A stretch of DNA of 64,000 nt from Amoebophrya sp. A120. Lineage: Eukaryota; Protista; Dinoflagellata. Where the stretch lies: contig CAJINV010000002.1 of NCBI GenBank assembly GCA_905178155.1, positions 8,699,224-8,763,223 of the forward strand, in the 5' to 3' direction. Made by a program: the position numbers and the translations under genes. The notes under the pieces are model-generated. The model had not been told where the DNA came from. It made no database searches and was given only the letters and a program-made list of their open reading frames with translations. Below, in pieces: positions 1 to 13,970 of this stretch. The first letter of the stretch is position 1. Every line of letters starts with the position of its first letter.

Positions 1-155
1 TCAGGAGCATGTACATGATAGAAAGATGCATGTGCGTGATGTCGCGTCGTCGTAACCGTATATTTTGTGCTACTTCCCGAAAAAGCAGGACCGCCAAAAA
101 CAAAGTGATAAAAAGTAGTTGTAGTGATGCCGCCAGGGCGAAATGAAGATTCCAC

Positions 156-1226
156 TCAACCTACATTCATCATTTTCGCTACTACGGCCTCTTTCAACGC
201 TTCTCGCATCAGGCATTGGTACTCGTGCACGTCGGCTCGTGCCAGATCAAGCAGGTTGGGGAGCGTTGATATCCTCTTCTCGGAAGAAGTGTTTACTGCG
301 AGGACATTTTTACTCTGCTGATGCTCTAGAAAGGCAACAGAGCCGGCCACTTCCGCATACAGGATGCTGCCACCACTTGAACTTGTTCGCGTCATATGCT
401 TGTTCGAACGGTTTTCAGCTGCGCCAGAACCGCTCGTAGATGCCTTCGGTGTAGTAGTCAACATATCCTTCTCGAGCTGCTGGGTACTACAAGCACTTGA
501 CGTTGCATTTCCACTTGCCTCGGCAACATCAAGGCCTTCTTCTGCATCACTGCAGCGAGATGAAAACCTCACCGCCAAGGCACAGGCCGACATCCCCACC
601 AGACCCCGCAACTTTACGCCAGCGTCGGCAAGCGCGAGGCAGGCGGCCATCGTCGCAGCTGAGGCTGTCAAGGACAAGGGATTCGGGTTTGCTGTTCTGG
701 CTACAAGTGCTTCTCCCGGAGAACAATCAGTAGACGAAGTAGCACTACATGATGGACCGCTGCTTCCGGAAATTTTTGTAGTGGAGCCTTTACTTGTGTA
801 AAAACCGCTCGTCCCGCTGCCTTGCTGCAACACGACGATATCCAGCATAATGGAGCCGGAGACTTGCTCGCTTTCCGGGCTTTCCAAAGTCTGCAACAAA
901 ACGGATTCCACAGTTTGCTTCAGCCGGTCGATCCACTGGCGCCGGTGCTTCGGCTTACTGGTTTGTTGGTGTAGTTCCTGGGTAGTGGAACTTAGAGCAC
1001 CAGAGGCAGCAGTCGTTGAGCCAGTTGCGTCGAAAAAGCCGCGCACGTTCAGATCCAGCACGCCGCGACGATCCCGCCGTCCGCGGTGCAGCACGAGAAT
1101 CTTTTCGTGTTCCAGCTCGACGTACCCGGACCCGAAACACGGCATACCACCGTCGGCGCCCGGGTGGCAAGAGGCGCGAAAAAGCGCATGTGGTCGCGGT
1201 GGTCGTGTTGGAGTTGTAGTAGCCAT
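156..1226 (-). CDS. RNase PH-fold exosome core subunit (Rrp41/Rrp46/Mtr3-like), 356 aa, single exon
   Basis: Motifs ADGG..GSGYVE..HEKILV..RG, IMLDIVVLQ, and AATMAACLALADAGVKLRGLVG match the RNase PH domain consensus; Ser/Thr-rich insertions. Paralogue not resolvable by eye. Confidence 0.8.
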   Translation of the reverse strand: MATTTPTRPPRPHALFRASCHPGADGGMPCFGSGYVELEHEKILVLHRGRRDRRGVLDLNVRGFFDATGSTTAASGALSSTTQELHQQTSKPKHRRQWIDRLKQTVESVLLQTLESPESEQVSGSIMLDIVVLQQGSGTSGFYTSKGSTTKISGSSGPSCSATSSTDCSPGEALVARTANPNPLSLTASAATMAACLALADAGVKLRGLVGMSACALAVRFSSRCSDAEEGLDVAEASGNATSSACSTQQLEKDMLTTTPKASTSGSGAAENRSNKHMTRTSSSGGSILYAEVAGSVAFLEHQQSKNVLAVNTSSEKRISTLPNLLDLARADVHEYQCLMREALKEAVVAKMMNVG

Positions 1227-2064
1227 TCTTTCACTTTTTGGAACGCTACTTGTTCACTGCTGGTCCTCAGGCTCGTCCAGCTCTAGATGATAAATTGAAA
1301 TGCTTTCATCAAAATGAAAAAACACTACCGGTTATGCGTCAAATAACCCTTCAAATATTTTTCTACCTCGCGTAGCAGGCTGGATGTGGTTCTCCTGGGT
1401 GTTCGTTGTTATAGTCGCGATATGGCGCTACAGCTACGTGTATGATCGTTCATTTTGATGTATCCAGCAAATGGGGATCCACACCCACAATATGGTTTGA
1501 CGTTGATTTCCACAATGATCTTTTTTTCTGGTGAGCAGAATCAATGTGTATGCGTGGATCTCAGGTGAAATTTTCGATCTCGATTAAAACCAAATGAAGA
1601 GCACACGTCAAAGATCAGAACCTTATATCAGTTTCGAGTCGCGGGTATGAGCGCAAATCGTCCACGGAATACACATATTGAACTTGTTTGCCTCGTCCTC
1701 ACAGACCAAACTACCACACATCAAAGATCTTTCACGTACACGATCGGACCTCAATTCAAGAACGCTTCCGAAAGCAGCGCGTTACTCTCTCCTCAGATTC
1801 CGCTTCACTATCTTCATGACAGTTTCACTGTGATGATTGGCTCTTTCTTTTCCCGGCTTAGTTCTTGGAGTTTGCTTCCGTGCTAGTTGATTTACGTATC
1901 GAAAACTGGCTTGAGCTGTAGCAGTTAAAGCTAAACAGTCACACAGTCGTTGGCTATGTAGTATCATCGTCAAATTATTTGTGTTTGTTGTCGTACATGA
2001 AAATCAGTGTGGCGCAAGCTCTTCGACGACAGGATGCATGAAATGAACGACAAACCGACATTCA

Positions 2065-5000
2065 TTAATTTGCTTTTGCGGCTAAGAAATCTAACAGTTG
2101 CTCGACTTGGGCGCAGAATTTTTCGCGCTCATGCAACAATGTCGGATCGTCTTGCGCCTGCGCATCAGTCTTGTGCTGATCACCGCCACGACCGCTTCGT
2201 GGCACCACATGCCGGCGAATCTTGTTTGGAGGCAGCAACTTCGCCCGACTCTCCGTTCGTAGCCGACGCAAGTGTGTCACGACCCAACCGCGCACATTGA
2301 GCACCCTACGAGCCCAGTTCGACAGCAGTGGGGTAAAAGTAGATTTGGACGAGGACCATGGGACAGCTCTATCTTTCTTCAATGTCGGCGGGCGAGGTGC
2401 AGCACCTTTTGCTTCGAAGTCGTTGACATTCCATTTTCTCCGCAACTCTATCGCGCTTGCCTTCGGTATCCATATTTTCTTGCTCAGTTTCGTCGCCTTC
2501 GCAAAGAATTTCAATTTTCTCTTTTTCTGCTTCATTGCAGAAATACCGTGGAGGGCAGCCTCTTGGTCCGTTGGCGTTGCGTTTTTTGAGGTCTTGTAAA
2601 TGTACTTTGTTCCGACTACTGTTGTTCTTTTTTCATTTTCGACTTCTGATTTCATCGTGTTCAACCTCTTGATGCTCATCTGCTGCATAGCAGATTCTCG
2701 AAAACGTTGCTTCGGCGGAACACTACCGTTGTGATGAAGAGAAGACGGGGTCCGCTGTTGTGGCGCTTCTGCAGTATCCTGCCCTTTTGTTCTATTTCCT
2801 GCATCGTGGTCCGATTGTGAAACAGAACTTGTGTTCGCGGCCTTGGGCTTTGCTGTCGAAACACTAAATGCAGGCCGTGAGGGAACAGATACAGCTACCG
2901 GATTCAAGTCCGCGGCGTCGTCAGAGGATGAGGAAGAGTCACTCGTCAGGAAATTGATGCGTCGCCGTGCAGTTTTGGCTTTTGGCTTCGCGGACGACGT
3001 TCCTGCAAAGGCAGCCGCTGGTGGCGCAGCTCCTACCCCAGTAGCATTAGTTCCAGAAACTGTGCTAGTTGACACAGATGCAGTGGCGCTGGACGACTCT
3101 GCGGCGGCACCAGATGATGCAGTCCCTGTTACCAGAGTCGTGGAAGTGGTAGCGGCAGTTGCAGGCTGTTGGTAGTTATGATCGAGGAGCCCCGTCTCGA
3201 CTAGTACCGTGCCCGCGTTTCCACTAGCTCTCTTTTTCGCGGCGCACTTTGCCTTTGCCGTCCTGCCGCTTCCGGACTTTGGCCGCGCTGACGCGACATC
3301 CGGTTCCGCAGAGGCACCGGAGCCATTAGCCGCTTGACCCGTGAATTGTGCAGGCGGGAATGCGTCCTGCTCTTTTAGCGGATCTCCTTGTCCAGCAGAA
3401 GCAGTCGTGTCTGCAGCCCGTTCGCTATCAACCACACTCTTGTCGACATAGTCTTCGTTTGCTTTGCAACCATCCTGTTGCTGGTATTGTTCTCGCTGCA
3501 GTTGCTTCTCGTTTCTTATTTTTTCCTTCCGCCTCGCTTTCCGCTGTAAGGCACGCTGCAGCTTTACATCTTTCTTGACCAGAGCGGCGGAGGAAGTCGG
3601 AGCTGCGTCTCTTGCTTCCCACAGATTCGTGGTGCTGCCGTCGTCCTCAACCTTTCCTGTCGCGTCCTCTTTTTCGCTGTTCAGAACGCTGTTCCGCAAC
3701 TTGTGCTTTTCGTTCTCCACCTTGCGCGCAATGCCGTTACTGTGCGGGGCTTTCGTCTCGGTAGCTGCCCGCTTGTTGGGTCCTCCACCGACAGGAAGAA
3801 GTTTTTCAGGGGGCAGCAAGCGGGTCGCACTAGCAGAGGAATCGTGACGCTTTTTGTCGTGCATCGTTTTGCTTTGTCTCGGAGGAACAGGCTGCTCTGT
3901 GTGGTTCTTTGTGGCCTCGCTTGCCACTCCTCGTGGGCCCTTGGTGACTACTTCCTTTGGTGCTACTGCAGCGGTTTCGGTTTTGTCGAGCGCAGAGCAT
4001 ATCGCATCCAATCTCTTGCTTGCTCTCTGATAGAAGCGTAGCAGAAATTGAAATCGTTTCCGGAATAGAGTTAGCAACGGATCTTCTGGCTGCTTGCGTG
4101 AAGTTTTTCTGCGCCCACGGCCACGCGCCTTTTGCCCGTTATAATTGATTTGCGAACGTCGCATTTTGCTGCCGATGCTGTGCAGTGGCTTATGCTGCAC
4201 AGAATCCAGTCCGCCCGTCTCTGTTGCTGCTCGTATGTTTCCGCTTTGGTAGGGATAATTAACCGCTTCCCAGTGTGTCGCCGGCGTCTGGTGCTGAGCT
4301 GGAAAAAGACGAAACCTATGGTGTTCAGTGAGACCACCAGTGCCTGCCGCGGCGGCGGTAGGAGCTCTATTGCTTCTCGCAGCACCGTCCCCAAACGACC
4401 CACGTCCAGACCCTTCTCCTGGCCTGGCAGCGCGGCCGCCGTGATGCAGCTGCGCACTGCGTTGCGAGCTGGAGGACGAGCCGCCCGACGAGGATGAGCC
4501 GCTCGTTGAACCCGAGGATGAGGAGGAACCCGATTGAGACCCACTGCGCGAATCAGAAAAATTGCTCGAGCGTGACCGCGAGCGCGAAGAAGCTGAAGAC
4601 GATCTCGATGATCCAGAGTTTTCATACGGATGAACAAGCTGCTTGCCTCTACCAGGATCTCGGTCGTGGCCATGCTGCGAAGCGGCATTCACATCGCGTC
4701 CACTTCCCCGAGCGGCAGAAGAACGAGAATTTCCACCACCGCCACGAGATGTTGACAGTCGTCGACGTCGTCCGCCTTGCAACTGGTTCTGTTCCTGAGC
4801 CGATCTTCTCCTGGAGTGACCGCGCGGCTTTTGATGCTTGACGTTCGAGACCGCGGGGGCAAGATCGAAGTTGGAAAGATTGTCGTTGTCTTCCACGCAA
4901 CTCCGAAAGCGCTGGTCCTCTTCGGAAACCGAGGGGGAGGACGAGAACAAGGACAACCCGCCCGCAGCGGCGCCGTCCACCACAAGCACGATGGTTTGCT

Positions 5001-8000
5001 CCGTTTTGCTGTTCGACTGGGGGCTGCTGATTTTTGCGAGATCGTCGTCGTCCACGAGTAGTTCTTCTCGTTGCAACACTCCATTAGCTGTAATGGCCGC
5101 TAAATGACGGTTAGAAGTACCAGGGCCCCTCCTGTCCGGAGGGGCGAGCCCTTGTAGTTCCTGTTCGTCTTCGCTGTTGGGTGGCATGATCCTATTGCTT
5201 TTGCTTCCCGGTCGGAGGTCAGTGGTGTTTTCTTGTCGGTGAAAGAACTGCTCTAGGTACAGCATGGTGTCCGCCACCGAGACTGACTTCATGTCCTCAT
5301 CTGTAGCACTGCCCGTCATCTGTTTACTGATATCGTCCTCTTCCTCAACAGGGGAATTGAACAACATACCATCAGTGTTGTACTTCTCCAGCTGTCCCGC
5401 AACCTCGTTCAGAAACGAGTTTTCCGCTCGTGTTTGATGCGACAGCGGATTCATTGCTTGCGCGCCAACATCCGACACTGTCAATATTGGAGCAGCTCCT
5501 TCGTGACCACGGTGAAGAGAATCTTCCGGCCGAGACAGTGCCAAACTAGCAGCGCCGTCATCTTCTACTTCCCTCAAGGCCTCCGCCCCAACTTGCTGCT
5601 GTGCTGCGAAGAATCTACTGCGAAGAAGCCCTCCTCCGCCGACCTTGCCTGTCCTCCCATCGTTCATGTTGCTTGATGCGTCGCCGACTGGACTCCATTC
5701 GGGCGTCCTGGGTGGCACGAGGGGTTCGTTTCCGCGGCTCGTAACCTCTGCTGCTGCCGATGACGAGGTCCTAATATCGGCACCGCTGTCCTTGGACGAC
5801 GAGAGTTGTAGAGTCTTGGGAATGTTGATGCTCAAAGAAGTGGAGGAAGAGTTCATGATTTCTGCCACGAGCTGCTCCGTTGTCTTCGATTTTCGCTTTT
5901 CAAATTCCCGGTCGTAAACGGTGCCTAACGCCAACTCGTTGTTGCTGTTGAAGAGATCGTAACTATCTCCTACACAATCACCAAACTGTTTCTGCGCAGG
6001 ATTTGGAGGCTGCAGGCGGTTTTCCGCACTGTTTCTTTGGAGGAAAAGCGCGCTCGCCACAGGGTTCGGATTGGTGGTCGGGGAAGCACCAAAAGGAATC
6101 AGCTCTTGCGGATCATCATCATCTTCTTGCTGCGAAAACGACTCGGCCTGCTGCTGCTCGTCGCCAAGGACTTTAGATTGTAGTTCTTCTTCCAAATTAA
6201 CTGGTGCAATCTCCAGACCAGCTCCCCTGCGACGATGCCCTCCAGGTCGTGCAGCAGTAATTTTCTCAAGCTTTCCCTTCGTTGCATCGTCGCGCTTTCG
6301 CTTTCCTCGCGTACGATGTTTCTTCGCCGCGAAGTCGGCGAGTTCCAGGTCCTTCAAGTTTTTCGTCTGACTTAGCAGTCGTAGTGGCTGAGACGAGACC
6401 TGATGAGAAGATATTCTTCTACTACCCCCCTGCGCCGGCGGGGACGGTTTGTAAATGAACTGCTCGTCGTCTGGTTCGTCTGTGTGCACAAATTCATCCT
6501 CGTTGTCAGCATGGTCGCGAAGCTGCGCAGCACGAGAACTACTCGCCTCCTCGCTGGTTGACGAAGCGATCTTATTCAGTGGAGCTGCGCTTCGTGTTCT
6601 CTGGTTCGTGTGGGATTCGTCCGGAAGTACTTCTTGCGGCTCTAGCGCGTCAACATTCTGTGTTTGACTGTCATACACCGCCAGCAAATCGTGCGACATG
6701 GTTCCTACAGCAGGAGGAACACGGTCCTCGTCCTGGTCTTCGGCCCCGGCGGGAATAGCTCTACTTGGTTGGTAGAAGTTTCTTTCATCAACATTCTCTG
6801 CCTCGCCGTCGGAGGCCGAAAAAACGTTCATTTCCGCCAAAACAGACGCGATGTTCTGAGACGCCTCGAAAATACGCTCGGGACTCTGTTCAATGTTCAT
6901 TTCTAGTTCAACAGCAGATGAACGAGTGACATCATTCGGTCGATCATCCCCATTGTGATTACCATCAGGTCCCGGGCACGGCAGCTGAATGACGCCAGCG
7001 GGAGAGCAGGACCCGCCGAGCGGCGACCAGATCGGCGTAGAAATAAAGATGTTGTCGTTGTAGCTCGTGGCGTACAGGGGTACGGGTGAGTTTGCTGCAG
7101 ATGATGTTGGACGTTGTTGACCCTGTAGTTGCTGCGCTGATCCGGCGTGCTGGTGCGGAGAAGTAGTGTCATATTGCTTCATATGCGCCGCGCTATCCCC
7201 TTCTGTTCCGGATTGGTACGTTGAAGTGATCAGGCTTACTATCGGAGGTTCTTCTTGCACCATCGTCGTCCCGGCCACGGCAGTGCCAGCAGGTTCCACG
7301 TGGGGCGAGTTCATGCGCGATTCGCTGGATTTGGTCTCGCTGAAGAACGACTTCACGATGTTTTTCGCTTCTTCGAGAATCTCAATCATGTCGTTTATGA
7401 CGTTCTCAAATGCTACACTCTCAAGTGTTCTTGCATGAGCAAAATTCCAACCAAAATCGTAATCGACACGATCAAGCTACTCCGCATGACAAATCCTCGC
7501 AAGGCCAAACAGGCTGAGAATCCGTGCCAAGTCTGTCATGCAAGACGCGCAAAGTGAGCCCTTCACTTTTGCCATTCGTGCGCCACAGATTCATGCAACA
7601 GCTGAGAATGTAACAGTTGAGAGCGCCATATCGTTGTCGTTGAATTTCTGCGACGACGAAATCTCGTCGCGCAGAAAGTCAACGGAAAAAGAATCCAGAT
7701 TTTCCATCACCCGAGAAAAGAAGCAGTCCCCTTCGGTCTCATACGCACTGGAGAGCATCCTCTTCACGGTGGACGAGACGTTGGAGGTCGGCGAAGTCGC
7801 GTCGATGTTGTGCAGACCGGCCCCGGCGAAGTGTTCTTGCAGCCAGGAGTCTGCGTCATAATTTTTGTTGAGCTGGTAGTATTGCAGATTCATTCTTTCG
7901 TCCGTGTGCTGCATATCGTTTTCGACGTAGAAATCATGACGAAAGTCATTCACCTGCAGATCGACCAACTGTTCCGCTGCGGTGGGCGATCTTATCGTGT

Positions 8001-11000
8001 AGAGCTGATGTGACAACAGCGTGGTCCCATCGACCGAAGGAACACCTGCTTGAACAAATCGTCGACTACCTTGTCCTCGGACAGAAGTCGTGTTCTTGAC
8101 ATTGTTGAAACTAGTGCCCGGAACAGTTACAGCCGGATAAAATTCCTTGTAGGCGGTATTGAAGAGGTACTCCGTCGCAGTCGAAGGCACCGGACTGTTC
8201 GTGCGCTGCCGGGTATCATTATTTCCACTCGCGGAGGACACAAAGCCCGGTTGCAATTGACGTGGTGCCGCCTCCTCGTCCGTGGTGTCGTCGGGGGGAT
8301 AGGGTGGCGGCGGGGGCGGGGTCTCGTCGTCATCTTCGCCTTTTATTTCGTTATCTTCCATTGTTGTACGACCTTCACCTGCAACTCCCACATTCAGCCG
8401 AGCTGCTGCTCCCTCGATCGCCAGTCCCGGGGGTGGCATGAAGTGGCGTTCGAAAATCTGGTTCACGTCCCGCACCAACAGCTGGTTCGTTTGGTAGGCA
8501 GTGTAGGAGTTGAAATGGTTCTGAAGCAGCATCCTGTAGTTCCCCGCCCCGGCGGCCGCCTTCGGTTGTGGCGCAGAAGCGAGCTGCACTCCCGGCAAAA
8601 CCTGCACATCTCCGACGTACCCTGCGTTCACCCCACCGACGAACGTCAAACCTGCGGCTCTTCTCCCGTACTTGGCATTTTTCTCTTTTTTCCGCTCTTC
8701 CCGCTGCCTCACCGCCATGCGCTCCAGTATCACCATCCGGGAAAGCAGCCCGGCTTTTTGCACACGCTTGTGCTCCTTCTCGGAGATCTGTTTCTGCAGC
8801 AGCTTTTCCGCAAACAAAAGGTCCACGTTGCTGTACAAAAAGGTGCGCCACTCCGGGTGCACGAGCACACTGTTCCCGTTGCTACCGACTAACACCTTTC
8901 CGTAGCACTTCCGCACGATGCTGCTGGGGGCGTTCAGGTAGTTGGAGATCTCCTTGACGAACTGGCTGTTGCCGTAGTAGTGCTTTTGAGTTTTCTGGTT
9001 TTGCAAAATTCTCGTGAATTCCGAAAAGCCGTTCGTCAAGCTGCGCTGCACCCACTGCAGGTACCGCCGCATACTCTGCCTGACGCGCCAGAACCCGTAC
9101 GAAATTGTGGCTTTCGGGAGTTGGTGATACGGTAGTGGTGGCGACTTTATTGCTCCGGGTGCTGCAGCAGGTTGGGCCCCATGAGGGTTGTTGTGTAAAG
9201 CGGAATTGATTCTTCTATCACCTCCCTGCAACACGAAGTGTTTGTCATCTTTTCCGTTCCTCGCTGCGGCCCAGGAGCGCTTTGTCCTCATATACCGCTT
9301 TCCGCTTTTCATCTTGCCGCGTCCATTTGTTTTTTTCTGGAGGTTGATGGTGGCGCGCAAATTGTTCTGATGCTCCCGCAACGTGTTAGAAACTATGTTT
9401 ACCAGGGAAACCGCTTTGGAGTAGCTTCCGTCGGTTGCACTTGCAGTTGTTTTGTCGTCCGCACTTCCATTTCCTCCTCCAGCACGACCCCCGTTTTTCT
9501 TGCCCCTGGACAATACGGGAGGATCGGGTCCTCCGGTGGAGGTTGCTCCTTGTGCGAGCGCGCGCCCCTCCTTCAGAAGTTCCTGCAATAGGAGGAAAAA
9601 GCGAAGCATCTCCTGTTGTCGAAGCCCTGACGATATTTGATTGTTGTCGTAACTTTTGCATCTTCCATTCTTGCGGTGATTCTTTCCTGTGGGTGCAGCA
9701 GCAGCCCCAGCTGTATTGATCTGCTCCTTCATCTTTCCGTGGCCCTTTTTATTTGGTTGTGCTTTTTTGACTTTATGTTCTAGTCTCGAATCCGCGAATG
9801 TTATTGACTCACACGCTCCGCTTGGAATAGCGCTGGAGGCCGCGCTTGCACCAGCCGGTTTCATTTTCTTTGCAGAGGAAAATGGCAAGTTTGACGATGA
9901 AGATGACGACGAAGATTTAGCCGCTCTTTTCTGTGGACCTGGAAGCGACGAGGTGTCGGCAGTGGTGCTTTGTTTCCCGGCTTGTTTTCCTGGGAGGTTT
10001 ACGTATGTTTTCATCTTTGGCTCCGTACTATCATCGGCTCCGCCGGCACCAGAAGCATCCGCTTGCGCTTGTGCGACATTTTCCCTTGCAGCCGCGATGC
10101 TCTTCCTCGGCCCGGCCTGGCTGGTGCCTCGGTTCTTTCCTTGGCGGCCGGCGCCGGCGCCCACCGTCGTGATACTAAAACCAGTGCCCGTCATCTGCTC
10201 CGGGTTGTACTGTACTTGCGCGCCATTCGTTTCATCTTCCCCTGCAACGATGCCTAGTGGAGCTGTTCCCTCTTTGCCGCCCTTGGTCCCCGCCTTTCGT
10301 GCTCGCTTCTGCTTCCCTTTTCCCTTCACGACCCCTGTACCAGACGCAGGCTTTGGTAAAAATTCTTGCGCAACCATCGCAGTAGGACCAGCTCTCTGCT
10401 TTCCGGCAGTCGCTTCAGGTGGCAGCTCCGCCTCTTGCGCTTTTTGATCATGCTCTCCTACCACAGTGTCAGGTTCTTCAGTGACCATTCTCTTTCCCCA
10501 TTTTATCACACGACCTCCGCTGGATCTAGTAGTTGCAGCGACATCACGAACTTGCGTAGAACGTTTCACCGCGTTGGCAGACGTAGACGGAGCTGGTGCT
10601 TCTTCTAGCGAGCAACCCTTTTGAGTTGCTTTCGATTGTTGGTCGCTTCCGTGGTTATTTGCCGCGTCCTCTATTGCACTTTTACTTTTATTCTTGTTCT
10701 TCTGTACCCCCTGCTTTCTCTTCTTGGAACTGGGAGGTGCGCGAACAGGCTGCTCTGCAGGTGCGTCAAAAGCGCTTGTGTTGTTGTCCGTTCTGCCGGC
10801 GCCAGCCGTCAAATCAGACCCGTCTTCTCTGGAACCTGCTGCTTCCTCGTTTCTAGCCCGTTCCTCCAGCACGATTTTTCGCAGTTCGTGCAGACTAGGC
10901 ATGGGTGCTCTCCCCGGCCCTGGCACAGGGACAGCTTGTCGTGAAGAATCATTTTCTCTCTCAGGCACGGTGCCGGGACGTCGAGAGGATCTCGTGCTAG

Positions 11001-13707
11001 TATTTCCGCTATTATCAGCGGTGGCTCGCAAACACGAACTCGCCTGAGCTTCCTGAGCTTGCTCCGCTTTCGTCTTTGTACCGAACTTCTTGACCGGATA
11101 GGACTTGGGAACTTTCGCTTGTTTCTCAGCAACAGCAACCTTAGTGCAAGTTGCAACCTGGCGGCCTTGATTTGCTTTCTCTACTTCCTGGCTTGCTGCT
11201 ATCATGGTTGTACTTTCCTTCTTCACTGCATGGACTGCAAGGGCCGGAGGCGGCTTTTCCCTCTTCATCACCGGGATTAAACGCAGCGACGTTGCCCGAC
11301 AATCTTTCCCGGAAAATCCGCGAAAGGCAAACTCCGCAAATTCGCACTGCAGCCAGCGACTCAGCAGCTTCGTGCTACAATTTGTTCCTGCCAGCGCGAC
11401 CTGCTTCATGCTGCCTTTCTCTTCATGTTCATCACGCGCATCTGAATTTAGAATTGCGTCAACTTCAACATCGTCAGTTTCTGCCTCTGCGGTCATCAAT
11501 TCCGCTCCCTCTGGCGAAACTCTACTGCAGTGCTTACTGAAAGTGCCCAGTAGTCCCGCGGCCCTCTTGTTTATGTCGGTTTCAGTTGCGCCAAGCTCCC
11601 CGGTGGCGCTTTCTCTGTTGTTCTGCTTTTCCCTCTTACTCTTTCGTTTGCGCTTGTTAGATCCGCCGGCAGCCGCGGCGTCCTGAGTCGCATCTCCTGC
11701 GAAAACAAACTTCCGAAACGATTCCAGAAAACCTTGCACTCGACGTCCTCGAAATTTCGGCGGCTTTTGTTGTACCACCGGCGGCACGGTTACTGCGGTG
11801 GTAGGATTATAAGATTGCGCACCAGTTCTTTGCTGCGCGCACCGCGCTCCTCCGGTGTCGAAACGTTTTGCTTGATCTTGACCAAAAAGATGAACGTTGT
11901 CAGCTGCTCCTTTGTGGGAAAGATCTTCGCCTCCAGCACCACTACGTTGCTTTATTCCGTGGTTTTGGTGCGAAAAAGGGTCGTCCTGCCCCACACCTAG
12001 TGTGTTCTTTCCATCAAGATTTGCTTCGCTTTCGTCGAAGATTCCCGCCTCCTCGACAACAGCAGCCAGCAGGTCGTCCAGATCCACAACTTCAAAGCTT
12101 GTCGTACTGTTTACTTCAACATCGTCATTTTCATTTTCGTGGAAGTCTCCAACTTCCCCGCTGAAAAAGTTTCTATTTTCCGCGATCTCTATCATGGGAC
12201 CACGACCGCGACCGAGTCCGGGTGAGCGTGAGTTCTGACGGCGGCGCTCTTCCCGGTGGCCATAGTTCTTTCGGTAAAAACCTTCCGCACCAGGGACCTC
12301 CTGGCTCGTGCTCCCAGCAACTGGCGACCGATCGACGAGCTCCTCCCTTCTAGAAGTCGATCTACTCCTTCTGCCAGCTGTCTGGTGCGTGATCTCTATT
12401 TCTTGCAGATGTCTGTCGTTATTCCCTTGTTCTGCAACCGGCTTCAGGCGACCCGCTGGGGACAGTGAATTCTTCCGCGACGACGTCGGTCTTTGCACCC
12501 TTGGTTCTCGCTTGTGTAGTTCCTCACTAAAGTTATTTTGCGCCACCACGGCATTTTTAGTGCTCGCAGAACATGGTGGCGCCAAGTGCTGCAACAACGG
12601 GTGGGCGATGTGGTGGAAGTGCAACTCGAAGGGATCCCCGGGCGAGACAGCGAGGGGTGTGGTGCAGGTGCTAGACTTGTTCTGATGTTGTTCTTGCCGC
12701 TTCTTGTCCAAATTGATCAAGTTGGTCGCGCGAAACTGGTGGTCGGCGGACAAAATTTTCAAGTTTTGCTTCAGCGCCTTCTGTCGGTTGCGATTGCTGG
12801 CGCTCCGCGCACTAGTTCTTCGACGCTGGGGAGGGTTACGATTTTTACCATTACCCTTTCCAGGTAGTTCCCGATGTTGATGAACAGCGTCGATTTCTTG
12901 TTCCTCCCCGCCTGTCGAATCGTACAACCCGTGGTTACTGGCCGCCGCCCGACCTCGGCTACTGCTTCCGCTTCTGGACGACTCGTTTCTGGAAGAACTC
13001 CGCAGGGAAGAGGAGGAAGAGGACAAGGAGCGAAAATCCGAAACGTATTCGCCGAAGGACTTAATGCTTGAGTTCTTTCGCATCTGTGCTTGGTGGTGAT
13101 GCTGCTGCTCAGAATTCTGGTGGTGGTGCTGCAGCGGAAGATGGTGGACGAGTTGCGCCGCGTGCTGTTCGGTGTGCTTGCTCTTCGCGCGTCGGTTGGG
13201 CCGCGGGTGTAAAAACGCCTGCCGCCGCCGGACGGCCGAGGGACTCCGCTCGTCATCAGCCTGCTCGACCTCTTCGTCGTCCACCACCTGTGGGCGTGTT
13301 TCATGGATGCGGAAACTAAAACTATATTGCAAGTTGATGGGCTACTTCTTGGGCAGTCCATGCGTCGCCTCGAAAACAGAAGCATCAAGACACCACATAG
13401 AACAGCGATGCCCGGGTGAAACAGAAAGACAAGGACACTCTGATATTAGTAACTAGATATTCACACGGCAAGCAGGACGAGATGAACTGACATCAACCAC
13501 ATCGAAAGTAAAGGTTGATACCCCAATGCTCTGCTCCGCGCCGTGGACGCCACCACCACGCGTCCTCTTCGCCTCATCCCCTTCCCCGATCGGCTCTGAA
13601 TCGGTGCTGATTTGCATCTGCGCACGGACGAGAGAAGCAAAATCATCCTGCGCGATAACAGGAGCAGGAGGCGCTTCATTTTCATCTTTGAAGTTGCTAA
13701 TGTCCAT
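2065..13707 (-). CDS. Giant low-complexity hypothetical protein (~3720 aa), 3 exons
   Basis: ATG 13707; GT-AG intron 13288-13521 (ATTGGG|GTATC...CACAG|GTG, phase 0). ORFs 7591-13332 and 2065-7389 join in frame (QKFNDND-MIEILEEAK) after removing introner 7396-7630 plus one TSD (240 nt). Confidence 0.75.
7396..7630. mobile_element. TIR introner, family C (235 bp, TSD TCGTT)
   Basis: Left TATGACGTTCTCAAATGCTACACTCTCAAGTGTT vs right rc TATGGCGCTCTCAACTGTTACATTCTCAGCTGTT; TCGTT at 7391-7395 and 7631-7635; excision restores frame. Confidence 0.92.
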
Positions 13708-13945
13708 CTTGGATGTTTGCGACAAACGCGCTTTTACCTATTTGTTCGCGTGGCCTGTCAGACGAGCACCAGATTTCGGTCCCCTAGTCAAATTCAACAA
13801 TCGTGTGAAGAAAACTGAAAACCGCAAAGTCGAACAGTAATTGCGAATCTGTCGTAAATTTGAACCGCCTTTCGGTCGTAAGAGAAGCTCGAAAGTCTAG
13901 ATATTCATAGCATAAGGCTTCAGCGGTAACTAATTAGCGTGTGGT

Positions 13946-13970
13946 GGAAGAAGAAGAAGAAGAGGAAGAA
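13946..13970 (+). repeat. (GAA)n microsatellite
   Basis: ggaagaagaagaagaagaggaagaa, intergenic. Confidence 0.7.

Noticed and set aside
1218-1227. TAGCCATT partial match to the dinoflagellate spliced leader
   Set aside because: Wrong strand; it is simply the complement of the ATG GCT start codons.
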